The notes below the pieces were generated by a model that saw only the letters and a program-made list of their open reading frames with translations, was not told where the DNA came from and ran no database searches. DNA of 64,000 bases from Blepharisma stoltei ATCC 30299. Lineage: Eukaryota; Protista; Ciliophora. The stretch is from the NCBI GenBank assembly GCA_965603825.1, contig CBFDEM010000040.1:124001-188000 (forward strand), in the 5' to 3' direction. The translations under genes and the position numbers were made by a program. Shown here one piece after another: positions 36,394-49,000 of this stretch (its first letter is position 1; each line of letters opens with the position of its first letter).

Positions 36394-37605
36394 ATGAAAC
36401 CTACTTTACTAACACCCAGAAATTTCGAAAAATCGTATTCTCCTTTAGGTTCTCAAACAACAAGAAGCTATCGCAATAAGCAAAAAAAGCTTTCCCACTT
36501 AGAAATTTGCTCCACATTTTCTCCCTCAAAATCTCAAAATAATACTCCACTTCTCTTTAATAAAAAATCTTCTCATCATAGCTCAGCCAGCGAACCTGGC
36601 CAGTTTTTTAAAACTGAAATAAACCTCACAGACCGTTCTAAACAATTTTTAGATAAGGTTATAAAAGATTGCAATAAAGTCCAATCAAAACTTGTTAGGT
36701 GCTGAGAAGATGTCCAAACGACCATCTCTCGTCGGAGCCAATCAATAGATTTTGAAGAGTCTAAGCCAAAATGAATGAGCGAGTTTCAATATCTTAACGC
36801 AAAGCGTAAAGCTGAAGCCAATGCAAAGCATTTATCTGAGCAAGCTGACGCTGAAAAATATCGAAAAGTGAAATCAATAATATCTAGTCCTTTAGTAAGG
36901 ACAATAAGTCAGCCTATTTTGCAAAGCAAAAGAGAGTATATAAGCAGAGAAGACTTAGTGAATATTGATACAGCAAAGCTGTTGTCAAGCAATAAGAGAG
37001 AATTCGGAAAACAATTCGAAAATGATATAAAATTCCCAAACTGGCTTAAAGATATAAATACAAATTCTAAGCCGAGAAAATTTGATATATGCCCTGAAGA
37101 AACTGTTTTAGCTGATATTAAAGCCTATCAGCTGCAAGAAAAACAAATAAAACCTAAAGGTGTTAAAATTTTCCCAGTAATGAAAGATATTGAGCCTAAG
37201 TTTGATGAAGATTTAATTCTTGATAAATTTAAAAAAGCCACCCAAACCCATAAAAGAGCAATTGAAGAGCTTCTAAAGCTGAAGCCAAAAGATAAAAATC
37301 ATATAAATAAAAAGAAAAGAAAAATCCTTGAGCATAAATTGAAAAAATATAATGACGCTCTAAAAGTGATAGAAGATGAGCAAAAATGTGGGGAAAATAG
37401 ACCAAGAAGTGTAGCGAAAATTGATATGACATTCCAACGAAGAGTAACAGATATGCCTGGATATTTAACGACTAAAAGAAACTCTCAAGAAGATGAAGAG
37501 TTATTAAACATTATCAGACATGAAAAAATTGACGTAAAAACAATGACTAAGATACAGAAAATTATTAATGAAAGAGAGCATAAAAAACTGATTAAATTGG
37601 TTTAA
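36394..37605 (+). CDS. Hypothetical basic/coiled-coil protein (~403 aa)
   Basis: ORFs 36394-36705 and 36775-37605 join in frame via two TGA. Confidence 0.7.
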
Positions 37606-37667
37606 TCATTAATCTAATTCCTGCTTAAAAGCAGAAAACAATTAAATTAGTTTTGCTAATTTTTTAA

Positions 37668-40600
37668 TTAAAATCCATCTCTTAAAAATGCAGTTACATT
37701 CATTGAGTGCTCTTTACTAATAACGACGTGATGATAAAAATCCCTCTCATCAATGCAGTCTAATTTGCATAGGTCGCAATGAGTCTTTTTGGGCTTTTGC
37801 TTTTTAATTTCTTCATGAGACCTGCAATAATTTCTGAAGCCTTCAATACCATTTGCCCACAGTCTTGAGCTCCAGTTACAAATTTCGCCTGAAGGCATCA
37901 TGACTAATAAAGGCGAATTATGGTCGATAAAGCATTTTCCTTGAGATTCCCAACCTATAATATGCCCTTCCATGCAAGCTGCCCATTTATCGACATCAAG
38001 CAAGTTATACTGAAAATTTCTTATAAAATCACAGTTTACTTGTTCATCTCTAAGATCATCAAGCATTTTTACAGACGCAAAAATGCCAGTTATAGTAAAA
38101 ACACCGCTCGCTGGATTGATATTTACAGGGTTTGCATTAAAATAAGCACATATAGTCATTTTGCATTCTTTACATATTAGCTCAGCTCTAGTCAATCTGG
38201 CAGCTCTTGCATCATTTTTTATTTTTTGTACGAATTCTTCTTTTTGTAGGCTGATTAGATACATTTCTCTTTCTATTGCCCTTTGACCTTCTTCAGACCA
38301 AAGTCTTACATCATCAATTACATCTGGCAGCTTTTTTAGCGGCTTCAAATAAACCTCAATTTTTTTTGGTTGAATAGCTCCATCTTCAATTTTAGGCTCT
38401 TCTTCTTCTTTATAAGGTACAACATCATAAGGATTAAAGCTTTCTAGGACATGTCTTCATTGTTCATCAATTAAAGGGAGTCTTCTTTTTGTTATTAATC
38501 TTATTATTTTGTCCTTTACTTGTAGAGGCTTTGGATTTAAAATCCCTTTTTCATCAAATAATGCTTCAGAAATTTCTTTCCTGATATCATTGATTTCTTC
38601 TACATCTTTTCCAGTGAAGTTATATTTAAATTTCAGCACAGTTGTCCCTACCATAATCCCTCCATATTTTCCATTATTTTGGAAAAAATTGACGTCTCTT
38701 GTAAAAATCATGCTCAAAATGTGTGGTAAAAGTGGGAATTTTGGGAAAACTGTGACGTGGGATGCTGTGGTTTTGTTGCGTTTTTCTGTAAATTCAGCAC
38801 AAACAGCCATATGAAGCTGCTCCATTAATGGATTGCTTTCAACACAGACTTTGCAAACAGAATATTCATCAATATTAATTCCAAGCCCAGTAAGCAAATC
38901 AATAAACCCAAGCCTATACAAGTATTCAGGCCTTGGCAGGCAAAAAGCTTCCACAAAAATTTTATTTCCTGCAAAATTTTCTTCGCCTAGTTGAAAAGTC
39001 ATCCCTTCTCGAGGCTGCTGACGAGCTATGTAATTTATATGTTGGGCTAGATTTTCAGGGTCCATACTTTGGAGCAAATCTCTTTGTTCATTGCGGATAT
39101 TTTTTTTCACAACTATAAAATCACCACATCTGTATCTCGGGCCATAATTTCCGAGCCATAAGCACATTTGGAGTGGCCTTGGACCTTCAGTAGGGTCAAA
39201 AGTTAAAACTGCGTTCCCATATTCAAAATGCATATTTATATGGGTTGATCGACACTCGGTAAGAATTCGAGCAATATCACTTTCTCTACAATAATCAGGG
39301 ATGTTTGGAATTAATACTTTTGATGAAGAATTTTCACCGAGCTGCTGCTCGCGTTTTCTTCTCATGACTTCGTCTTCGTAAGCATAATGGGAAATTAAAT
39401 ATTTACCATTATAAGCAGCAGCTAAGCACAATTTTAAAGTCAAAATATCTTCTTGGCCAGTGCCGAGTCGATTTTTTAAATGCTCTTTAGATAGTCCGAT
39501 CATAGTAAGCCTTCTTTCAAGCTCCATATAAGTTTCACACATTTCTCTTAGTACGCTATAATCTACAGAATTCGCTTTGCATCATTGCTTTTCTTCAAAA
39601 GAAATTTCTGGTTTTCTTGTATGTCTATAGCTTTCTTCTAATTTATTTTTATAAACTTTTCCCCACTGCTGATATCATACTTGATAAGCCCTCATATAAG
39701 CTATAGGGTCACTAAAAGCATAATTATCCCACCTCAGTCGCATAGCATATCTTTGGCTTTCATATTTAGCAATTTTATAATCCAAATGTGCACAGCTAGC
39801 AAACACATTTTTTTCTTGAGACAAAGCTGAAGCCATCACTAATGACTCATGAAGGCACCCAAAAACGTATCCAAACAAGCAAAGTCTGCTGATTTTTACA
39901 TCACATGGCATATCAGAGTAAACTCGTCCAAGTCATGTCAAGTTGTATTCTTCTGACAAAGCGCCCATTTCTTTAAGATACTCCTCAGCCCTCTTCACTT
40001 CAGCTATATCTGGTGGCTGGATAGCTCTTCCTAATATATCTACAGGAGTTCCCAGCTGTAGCTGTTTTACTTTTAGCACCAATTTATCAAGAGGGCATCT
40101 CTGTATTTCTGGCTTTGAAAAATCAGCTAGTTCATTAAAAAAGCTTGCTGGGATTAATCTAAATACAACCCCTTCAGCTACTCTTCCAGCCCTACCTGCC
40201 CTTTGCTTCATGACTGCTTTGCAAGCCCAATGCAGTTCGAGCATTTCTGACATGCTTTTGCTGTTATATGTGATTTCTTTAGTTAGACAAAAATCAATAA
40301 TATATCTCACATCTGGCAGTGTTATAGAGCTCTCAGCAATATTAGTCGAAATAATAATTCTTCTTTTTCCTTCAGGACTGCTAAAAATATTGGCATGGTT
40401 TTCTTCAGGAATTGAAGAGTGCAGCATACATATTTCTAAGTCCTGTGCGCAGTCTTTCATTACATCTTCTAATAAAACTTTTGCCATTTTCGTGATTTCG
40501 TGTATCCCAGGCAAAAAAATTAAAAATGTTTGGGGTTCTTGTTCTTCAAAAATCCTTAAAAAATGCTGAGCTCTTATTAAGTAAGCCGCAACCTTATAGA

Positions 40601-41492
40601 AACTTGGCAAGATTTCTACAAGCTCATCACGGTAATAATTAGCCGTTTCTTCACGCTCTACATCAGAAAGCTGAAAAAATTCATTGATCATTTCTCCAGT
40701 GATCTCATCAAGGTATACTTCTTTTACGTCAAAATTTTTAGGTCCAGCAAGCTTGATAGGTGCAGCGTCTTCTCTGTCAATTTCAAAAGGACTTGACGTT
40801 TTGGTGATCCCAACGCGAAATTGGTTTGGGGCTCAATCATCATCATTGGTCTTTTTTGGGTCAACAAATTGATTGTGGACATTGTGGATTTCAGAGTCAG
40901 CGAAATAGTTAGCGAAAAGCCTTGCGTCAATTGTAGCTGACATTAGAATGAGCTTGGTTGGGCATTTTGATAGGAGATGTTTTAGGACGACTAAGAGAAA
41001 TTCAGTTTCTACAGCTCGTTCGTGGACTTCGTCAAGGATTATATGTGTCCAAGGAAGCTCGTCAGTAATGCCAACGAGTTCTTGGATAAACATACCAGTT
41101 GTCATAAACACGATTTTTGACTCTGGGCCATATCGCTTTTCACCGCGAATATGGTATCCTACTGTTGAGCCTAAATAGGTACCAAGCTCTTTGCTGACTC
41201 GACGAGCGACACCGATTGCAGCTAAACGACGGGGCTGGGTGACTGCAACTCGACAGTTTGGGTACTCTTGGACTATGAATTGGGGAAGTTGGGTTGTTTT
41301 GCCACAGCCTGTGTCACCTTGGACTATCAGGACTTGGACTGCTGAAAGGGTTTTCATAATATCAAGACGACGGCTGTGGATTGGAAGCTCAGGATGAGCA
41401 AATTCTTTGTCGCGGCGGTAAGCGGAGTCTTCTAGCCGTCTTTTTTTAGTGCGTTGAGAATTACGCCATGGGGCATTACTTTGGTGCCTCAT
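37668..41492 (-). CDS. DExH-box RNA helicase of the TDRD9/Spindle-E type (~1274 aa)
   Basis: Five ORFs join via TGA. GDTGCGKTTQ, TQPRRLAA, DEVHER, MSAT, STNIAESSIT, YIIDFCLTK and QRAGRAGRV motifs, HA2 domain, RRM-like segment, TDRD9-like C-terminal block (P..P.L..ILSMIF...YGGIMVG) and a terminal C2H2 finger. Confidence 0.85.
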
Positions 41493-41884
41493 TTTTCAAA
41501 ATATGGTGAGCAAACTATCGTAAACTTAATGGGGCATTTAGAAAATTATTTTATTTAATTTTCATTTTTAAAAATATTTATAGAATTTCTTTAAGAAAAT
41601 TTCCTATAATTTGTTGTGCATCATTAAGATATGGAATATATCAGAAAATAAGCATATGTGGAAGAGAGATGATGTTTTCGGTATCAAAAAGCAGAGACAT
41701 TAAGCATAGTTAAATTCTTAAAAGCTACATTTGAAGGAAAATGGTAATTTAAGAGAGTCTGTATAAAGCTATGCTAAGTTGATAATGATAATAACAAAAT
41801 GGTATCACTGGAATTATTCTTTCCAACTACTATTCATTACTTTCACAATTTAATTATTATTGAGCTTAGATTTTTTCAGTAACC

Positions 41885-42165
41885 CTTTATCACCGTATAG
41901 TGTGTGATACTTTGGTAGTTTGAGCTGGCTTAGAGTTTTTAATGCTTGAATTTCCTAGGATGGATGTCCTTATGCGGAGCACGCACAGTGATTAAGGTCT
42001 CGTAAGTTTTGATGACTATGCTTTGAGGCTTTGTTTAGAGTGTACATTAAATGGTAAAAGGGTGTGTATGAAAATGTCTGAAGCCTATAATTCGGATTTA
42101 AAAGAGACTTATGCAAGAATAACATACCCTCGAAACCAAACTGTCCTAAAACGCTAATCAGCTAA
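41885..42165 (+). ncRNA. Candidate structured non-coding RNA (long nested G-U-rich stem), family unknown
   Basis: Intergenic island richer in G+C than its flanks, with at least four properly nested complementary blocks (see findings). No family motif recognised. Confidence 0.35.
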
Positions 42166-42384
42166 GTAAGCTAAAAATAAATCTAGTTTATACAAATTAA
42201 TAAATTAAAGGAATGGCGATAAGAGTGTGCATATATGCTAAAAGACTAATAAAGAACTCCTTTAGAATTTCTAATAGATAAATCGAAATATCAGAATTTA
42301 AATAATAAGTTCACAGCATAGGCAATAATTATAATAGAAATTTAGCTTACTTTAAATTACTTGCAATTTAATAACGGTAATAAT

Positions 42385-43314
42385 ATGAATAATACTGTGC
42401 AGGAAAAAGCAGATCTTGAACTTGCTAAAATAAGCGATTATTCAGATGAGCAGCCAGAAAACGCCTTAATACAAATAATCCCTGAATTTCAGTATAAAAG
42501 TCGATACTATTTCTTTTTAAAAACCATCGCAGCATTATGCTCCTGTTTGCCACCTATTTTTAAAAAGTCTCCTGCAAAAAATAAAGAAGAAAATATACTC
42601 CTCCCACCAAGGTCTATTCTTTCCATAGGGACAAAAACCCTAGTTCTCGATTTAGATGAAACTTTAATCCATAGTTCGCTTAAACCTGCAATTTATTATG
42701 ATTTTATGATAAATGTAGACAATCAGTTCAAAACTCATAAAGTCTTTATTAATATTCGGCCAGGAGTTAATGAATTTTTGGAAAAGGTTTCTTCACTATT
42801 TGAGGTCATTGTGTTTACTGCAAGTATTTCGAAATATGCTGAGCCTTTATTAAATAAAATCGATCCAAATGGTTATATAAAAGGAAGATTATTCAGAGAC
42901 AGCTGCTCAATTATTAATGGGAATTATGTTAAGGATTTATCAAAATTGGGAAGGAATTTAAAAGATGTGATTATTATAGATAATTCTCCAATGTCGTATT
43001 CACTACAGCCTTATAATGGTATTCCGATAATTTCTTGGTTTGATGACAAAGAGGATCGAGAATTAGAAAAACTAGTCCCTATATTGGAAGAATTAACAAA
43101 AGTGGAAGATATTAGATGCACATTGAAAGATTTAAGAGCAAATAAGCTTAAAATTTCTTCTGAAAATATAGCAAACCTTAACAATCAGAGTTTTCAACAG
43201 CAAATTTACATTCAAAAATTATCATTTGATAAGAAAGGCCTTTACAATTCTTCTAAAAGAGAGACATTATTTGAGTTTGATGATAATGAACAGAACCTTC
43301 AAATAAATTTATAA
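42385..43314 (+). CDS. CTD small phosphatase (SCP/NIF, FCP1-homology HAD phosphatase)
   Basis: KTLVLDLDETLIHS, RPGVNEFL, FTAS, LFRDSC, YVKDLSKLGR and IIDNSP motifs. First ATG at 42385. Confidence 0.92.
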   Translation: MNNTVQEKADLELAKISDYSDEQPENALIQIIPEFQYKSRYYFFLKTIAALCSCLPPIFKKSPAKNKEENILLPPRSILSIGTKTLVLDLDETLIHSSLKPAIYYDFMINVDNQFKTHKVFINIRPGVNEFLEKVSSLFEVIVFTASISKYAEPLLNKIDPNGYIKGRLFRDSCSIINGNYVKDLSKLGRNLKDVIIIDNSPMSYSLQPYNGIPIISWFDDKEDRELEKLVPILEELTKVEDIRCTLKDLRANKLKISSENIANLNNQSFQQQIYIQKLSFDKKGLYNSSKRETLFEFDDNEQNLQINL

Positions 43315-43564
43315 ATTTAAGGCATAAATATTGTTAAATTAATCAAGCCCTTCGGATAATAAATAATAATACAGCAATTATTTATAATTTTATGATCACA
43401 ATATTTATGCAATAAATAGATAATGCCATAAGCTATATCTATAATGAAAAATTTAAAAAAATTAATTTAATATTACTAATTTGCTTAAAAATAATGCCAA
43501 AAATGTACTTTCCTATAGATAAAAACCTGTTAGAATAATTTAGTTAAAATATTATTTCCAAAAA

Positions 43565-45115
43565 ATGGCATGTGCAAATTTTTATTGCGCTAATAGAATA
43601 ATCGAAGAATTTAAATGCTGATCATGTGAGCAGCTTATTTACTGCTCACAAGGATGCATGACTCAAGACTGAATAACTTACCACCAGTTCACTTGCAGAT
43701 ACGCTCAAAAATTATCGCTGAATGATTTCTGTGAAGTTCATGACATTTCTCTAAAAATTTTAGGAAAAGGCTCTTATGGCGAGGTTCGGCTTTACAAACA
43801 AAAATCTACGTCTCATCTATTTGCCATCAAAGAAATCAGGAAAAAATTAGTGAAAAAACACTCTTCTGTCATATCATTATTACGAGAAATAAATATCCAT
43901 AAAATCCTTCACCATCATAACATAATCCAGCTTCCTCGTCATTTTGAGAACGAAAAAAGTGTTTTTTTACTGCTTGAATATGCCCCTAATGGAAATTTAT
44001 ATAAACTGATCAGACAAAAGCAAGGCTTATCAGAAGAAAAAGCATGGAAGTTTTTCTCACAAACATGCATAGGGCTAAAATATTTGCATGACAATGGAAT
44101 AATCCACAGAGATTTGAAGCCAGAAAATCTATTATTAGATAAGGAAAATAATATAAAAATCTGTGACTTTGGATGGTGCGTACAAACTAAAGAAATTCGG
44201 AAAACATTTTGTGGGACTTTAGATTACATGGCACCAGAAATGCTAGAAAATAAAGGACACTTTTTTGAAGTGGATTTATGGGCTATGGGAGTTTTATTAT
44301 ACGAGCTAATTCATGGGTATCCACCTTTTAGAGCTACCAAAGATAGCGAAAAATGCCAGCAGATTTTATCACGTGAGATAATATTTGGATCATTTGTTAG
44401 CGCTGCAGCTAAAGACTTGATATTAAAACTTGTGAGGGTGGATCCTTCTAAAAGATTAAAACTTAATAAAATTTTGGTGCATCCATGGATTATGAAATAT
44501 GCACCAAATTCAGGGTATAGTGAAAATATGAAAATAAGACACAAAGAGAAAGGAGTAGGGGTTATTACTGATATAACTGGGCTATTGTGTACTGTTTTTT
44601 ATAGTGATTTGAATTTATATCAGTATTATGCAGTGCCTGATTTGCCATTTTTAATAGAAATTATCTTTGACGACCCAGAAAGACCATTAAATAGCCTTAG
44701 GAAGTTAAAAACAATGGCAGCAACCCCTAGAAAAATGAAGCGAAAAAGAACTAAATCAATTCAATGCTTTGAAGATGTTATGAATAGATTTAAGGAAGAA
44801 GGCTATATGAATAGAAAAGTAGAGTCATCTGAAAATTTTACAAAAAATGCCAATGTCGAAAAAAATCTAAAAATAAAACGAATAAATACAAATGAAAGTG
44901 TAAATTCCCAGCAAAATGATTCAATAAGATCAACTCTTGATACAAGTGTAATTGCTTTACAAGAAAAAGAACAAGAGCTTCGCAGGTTAACTTGGAGTAT
45001 TGAAAACAACTCAATCAAAAAGAAAAAGAGTGAATCTTTGACAGAAACCAGAAAATCAGGCTATTTTGATTATTTCGCCCAGTTATTTTGGTGCTCACAA
45101 AGAAAGACAGCTTAA
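43565..45115 (+). CDS. Aurora-like Ser/Thr kinase with N-terminal MYND zinc finger (~516 aa)
   Basis: ATG at 43565: MACANFYC...KCWSCEQLIYCSQGCMTQDWITYHQFTC (two TGA=Trp). Then LGKGSYGEV, FAIK, HRDLKPEN, DFGWCV, RKTFCGTLDYMAPE. Confidence 0.88.
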
Positions 45116-45145
45116 ATCAAAATTCGAAAAATTAATTAGTCATAA

Positions 45146-45649
45146 TTATAAACTTCTTTGAATTCTATCAATATACTTTAACAAGGAATTATCTTCTGAA
45201 TAAAAGCCTCCATAGGTTGGCCCTTTTGCTAAACCTCTTACCCTTATTCTTAGAGTTTCTTTTGTTTTATTAAGTCCAATATATTTGGAAGCTTTCTCAG
45301 GACTTAGAATTGATCTATAGGTAGGCTGATTATAGCATCTGAGCTCTGATTTTAAAATTCTTTTAGGGCTAGGAAATCTTATGTTGGGATTTTGATATGA
45401 AGCGCCTACTTTTGGAGTTAGCTTAGGCAATTGAAACGACTTTTCATTATCAGAGCTAGGAGATCTCAAAATGTCTTTAGAGCTTGGCCCAACTTTTGCA
45501 TCACAATGAATGCTCAGTGGTATCTCAATATTAAGCTTTTTTAATTCTCTTCTTGGTGATGGAAGCAGGCTTGTTAAGGAATCATCAATTAGTGTTTTGC
45601 TTCTTTCGTGGATTGAATACATCTCCAAATGATTAGGATTAATTTTCAT
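45146..45649 (-). CDS. Hypothetical SP-rich basic protein (167 aa)
   Basis: Clean ATG-TAA ORF convergent with the kinase gene; no recognisable domain. Confidence 0.6.
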   Translation of the reverse strand: MKINPNHLEMYSIHERSKTLIDDSLTSLLPSPRRELKKLNIEIPLSIHCDAKVGPSSKDILRSPSSDNEKSFQLPKLTPKVGASYQNPNIRFPSPKRILKSELRCYNQPTYRSILSPEKASKYIGLNKTKETLRIRVRGLAKGPTYGGFYSEDNSLLKYIDRIQRSL

Positions 45650-46097
45650 ATTAGTTGAAAAGTGCGTTGAAGTGATTTATTTTTTAATATTTTAATTTTT
45701 AGATAAGATGCTGGGTATATTAAGCCAAATAATTATTTTTTAAATATGATTTAGTTTAGTTCTACCACAGTATAAAATTTGCTTAATTTATTTTTAAATC
45801 TTTAAAATAAAGCAAAGAAGTTAATTTAAAGATATTTAACTATAAGTGTTTAAAGCTCTAATACAGCTTTTGCTATTTATGTAGAGCTATTATTAGCAAA
45901 AATATATTGATATATGAAATTATCCACAAATATGATGTGCCTTAAATTTTGATTACACTTACTAATTCTGAAGATTTAATTGATATTTTGTGATTACTCC
46001 AAATAATAGCTTAAAAATATAAAAATTTCTTTTAATTTTTCTTTTAATGGTACTGACTAATTCAATAAAATATTAAAATTCCTTGTTAGAATTTTCA

Positions 46098-49000
46098 ATG
46101 AATGGAAAAATGCTAAGCAAAAAACACTTTCTTTCATTGGAAGGTCGTAAAATCAAAGATAAATCTCCAATAGCAAGCTTTTCATCCCCAGGAGAAGTTC
46201 TTCTGTACTGCACGAGATATTTTTCAAAAATCATTAAGATGAAGAATTTATCAACGGAAGATGCTAAATCCTGGATAGTATCAATGTGTAAAGAACTAAT
46301 TTCTGTCTCAAAGGTGGAGGTTTTTATTAAAGAAAAAAATAAACTAAGGCTTTTAGGTGAAAAAGACCAGCAATTCATAATAAATCTCGGATCAAATATT
46401 TTGCCAAGCATCGCAGCAATTTCAAATAAACATCAAATGATAAATAACTCACATTTTTCGTCAATTTACACAAGTAATTCAGAGTCTGTGATAAATCTTG
46501 CAAAAAATAAGAATATTTTAGAGAGATTTCGTAACGTTTGTGCAGTCCCAATATCTGAAGGAGAAAATTCCAAAGTATATGGAGTTATTATGCTTTATGA
46601 TAAATTTGACTATGATTTATCATCAAAAAATTTTACCTTTAATGATGTCTTAATTGCCCAGTCAATTGGTTTATTTTTATTTGAGTTAATTGGTAAATCA
46701 GAAAAAATTAGCGATTTAAGTGAAACGATATCAGTGAAAAGGAGCGGTAGTACATTAAACACAGAAAATTTTGTGGATTATTCTTTAACTGATAGAGCGA
46801 GATACAAAAAACCGAATAATCGTATAAAATTTACGAGCCCAAGGATTTTAAATATATCATCAAATGAAAAATCATCAAAAATTGAAGAATTGAAAAAAAT
46901 AATGGAAAAATCTGAAAATGCGATATTAGTTTATTCACAAAGTTTAGATAAAATTATTCCTTGCCAAAAAGCAACATTTTTCCTAAAAGAAAAAAATAAA
47001 GATACACTTTATGATATCACAAATGATCGCCATTTACCTTCTTCAGGATTAGTCAAAGTTTGTTTAGACTCTCAAAGTATAATAAATATTCAAAACAAAG
47101 CCCATATCCACCCTAAATTTGACGTAAAAATAGACAGCTTATGCTTATCACAAAAAATTGACTCCTATTTATGCATTCCCATCTTGGATTCTTCCAAATT
47201 ACAAATTGGCGCTATTTGTTTTGTCAATACTTTTAGCCCTACCACTACTAGCGAAATTGCCCTTGGCAACAATCTCTCATTAATCCCCAAAGATATCCCA
47301 TCTATAAACAAATCTGAAGAATTAAATGAAAATAAACCTCTAACAGGACATCAAAAATACAATATATTGCTAAAATGGTCTATAAAATTCAGTTCAATTA
47401 CCCAGCTTGCCCAGAAAAAAATAAGAACATCAACTGCAATTATACAAAGATTTGCAAGTGAAAATAGAATAGGTCATTTATTGAGTTTAGGCTTAGAAAT
47501 GCTGAAGCATTTGATAAATTGTGAAGATATTATAGGAATTTATAAAGAAAATCATAAATTTTCCAAATATTCTGCCAAAAATGAAAAAAATGAAGTATTA
47601 GATCCAAATAATGTAAAACAAGCATATGTAGATGCTATTAAGGACAGAAGAATAATTACTATGAAAAACCTAGAAACTAAAGAAAATTGCTTAATTGTGC
47701 CATTTGTGAGCGGAGAAAATGCCTTTATTATTGAAGCAAAAAATAAAAAAGATGACTGCAGCCAAGATTTTAGTGATTACACAGCAGACGATAAAGGAAG
47801 TTTGTCAGAAGCTGCTAATGTTATGTTTATGGTCCTCAATAATACAGATCGAGCTGATGAAGTTATAAAATTCAAACAATTAATTCAAAAATTCGCGTGT
47901 CTAGAAGACACATATGAGGCCATCAATTCTTTACGCTGTGCAAGCCAAGAAATTACAAACTGCGAAAGAAGCATCATATATGGCCGAGAAGGCGAAAATT
48001 TAATAGTAAAGTCTCATAGCGAGGAATTTGAATTTCCATGAAATTTCAGTATTCCTTATGGAAAAGGCATTACTGGCACTGTTGCTCAGCAATGCAAAAC
48101 AGCTGTTATTAATAATATTCATGATGATTTACGATTTGATGCATATTTTGACAATGTTCACGGCTATAATTTAAAGAATATGATATGTATGCCAGTGTTA
48201 GATAGCCGGGGCAAGGCTGTTGCAATTTTGGAAGTTATTAATAAAAAAGATGGAGATCTTAATGAAGATGACGTTGAGGTGCTAAGCTGCTTTGCTGGGA
48301 TAATTGGAGCAATTTTTAAAAATACTCAACAGTTTAAAAAAAGCAGAGAAGAGTATTTTTTATTCACGAATATTTTGAATAGCATAGGTAGCTATACTTT
48401 GGTGATTGAAATAGAAGGGAAATTAATTTATTCCAATAGGCAAGTTGAAGATACGCTAGGGATTAATATAGAAGATGCTAAAAATGGCTCTTTTGAAGAA
48501 TGGCTGCAGCCAAACCATTTACTTATATCTGATATAAATTGCATACTTCAAAATCAAAAGAAAAGAATCCATAAGCCAGCTCAAAGGATTTATAAGTGCT
48601 CAGAAATAGAAAAGGCATCATTAATGTTTGATTATTTTTTGGTCCCTGTCATTGATATTGGTACTCTTGAGATAACAGGCGCAATAATAATTCTTGAAGA
48701 CGTGACAGCTTTTGAAGAACTTAACTCAAAACTCGCCTTGATGGAGCAAAAACTATCTTCTCTGTCATCAGCTCCTTTAATTGTAGAAACCAGCCTTCAA
48801 AAATGCATTAATAAACTTACTATGATTTCAAGTAAATTTGAACCTGATTCAGATTTTTGTTTAATAATCAATGATGTGATTGATACCTTAAAAAGGGGAA
48901 ACTTGAACAAGCTTAAGCTGGATTCTAGGTCCTTAGGACCAAATCTAAGAAGCACTTTATCAGAATATGCAAAATTCGAAAAATCGCCAGGTCCTCGAAT

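Noticed and set aside
41966-42000. Resemblance to the U4 snRNA 5' end (TCCTTATGC...ACGCA...CAGTGA) and to an RNase P/MRP P4 helix
   Set aside because: No U4 stem I sequence or Sm site at the expected spacing, and the P4 consensus with bulged U is not met. Kept only as an unknown structured RNA candidate.
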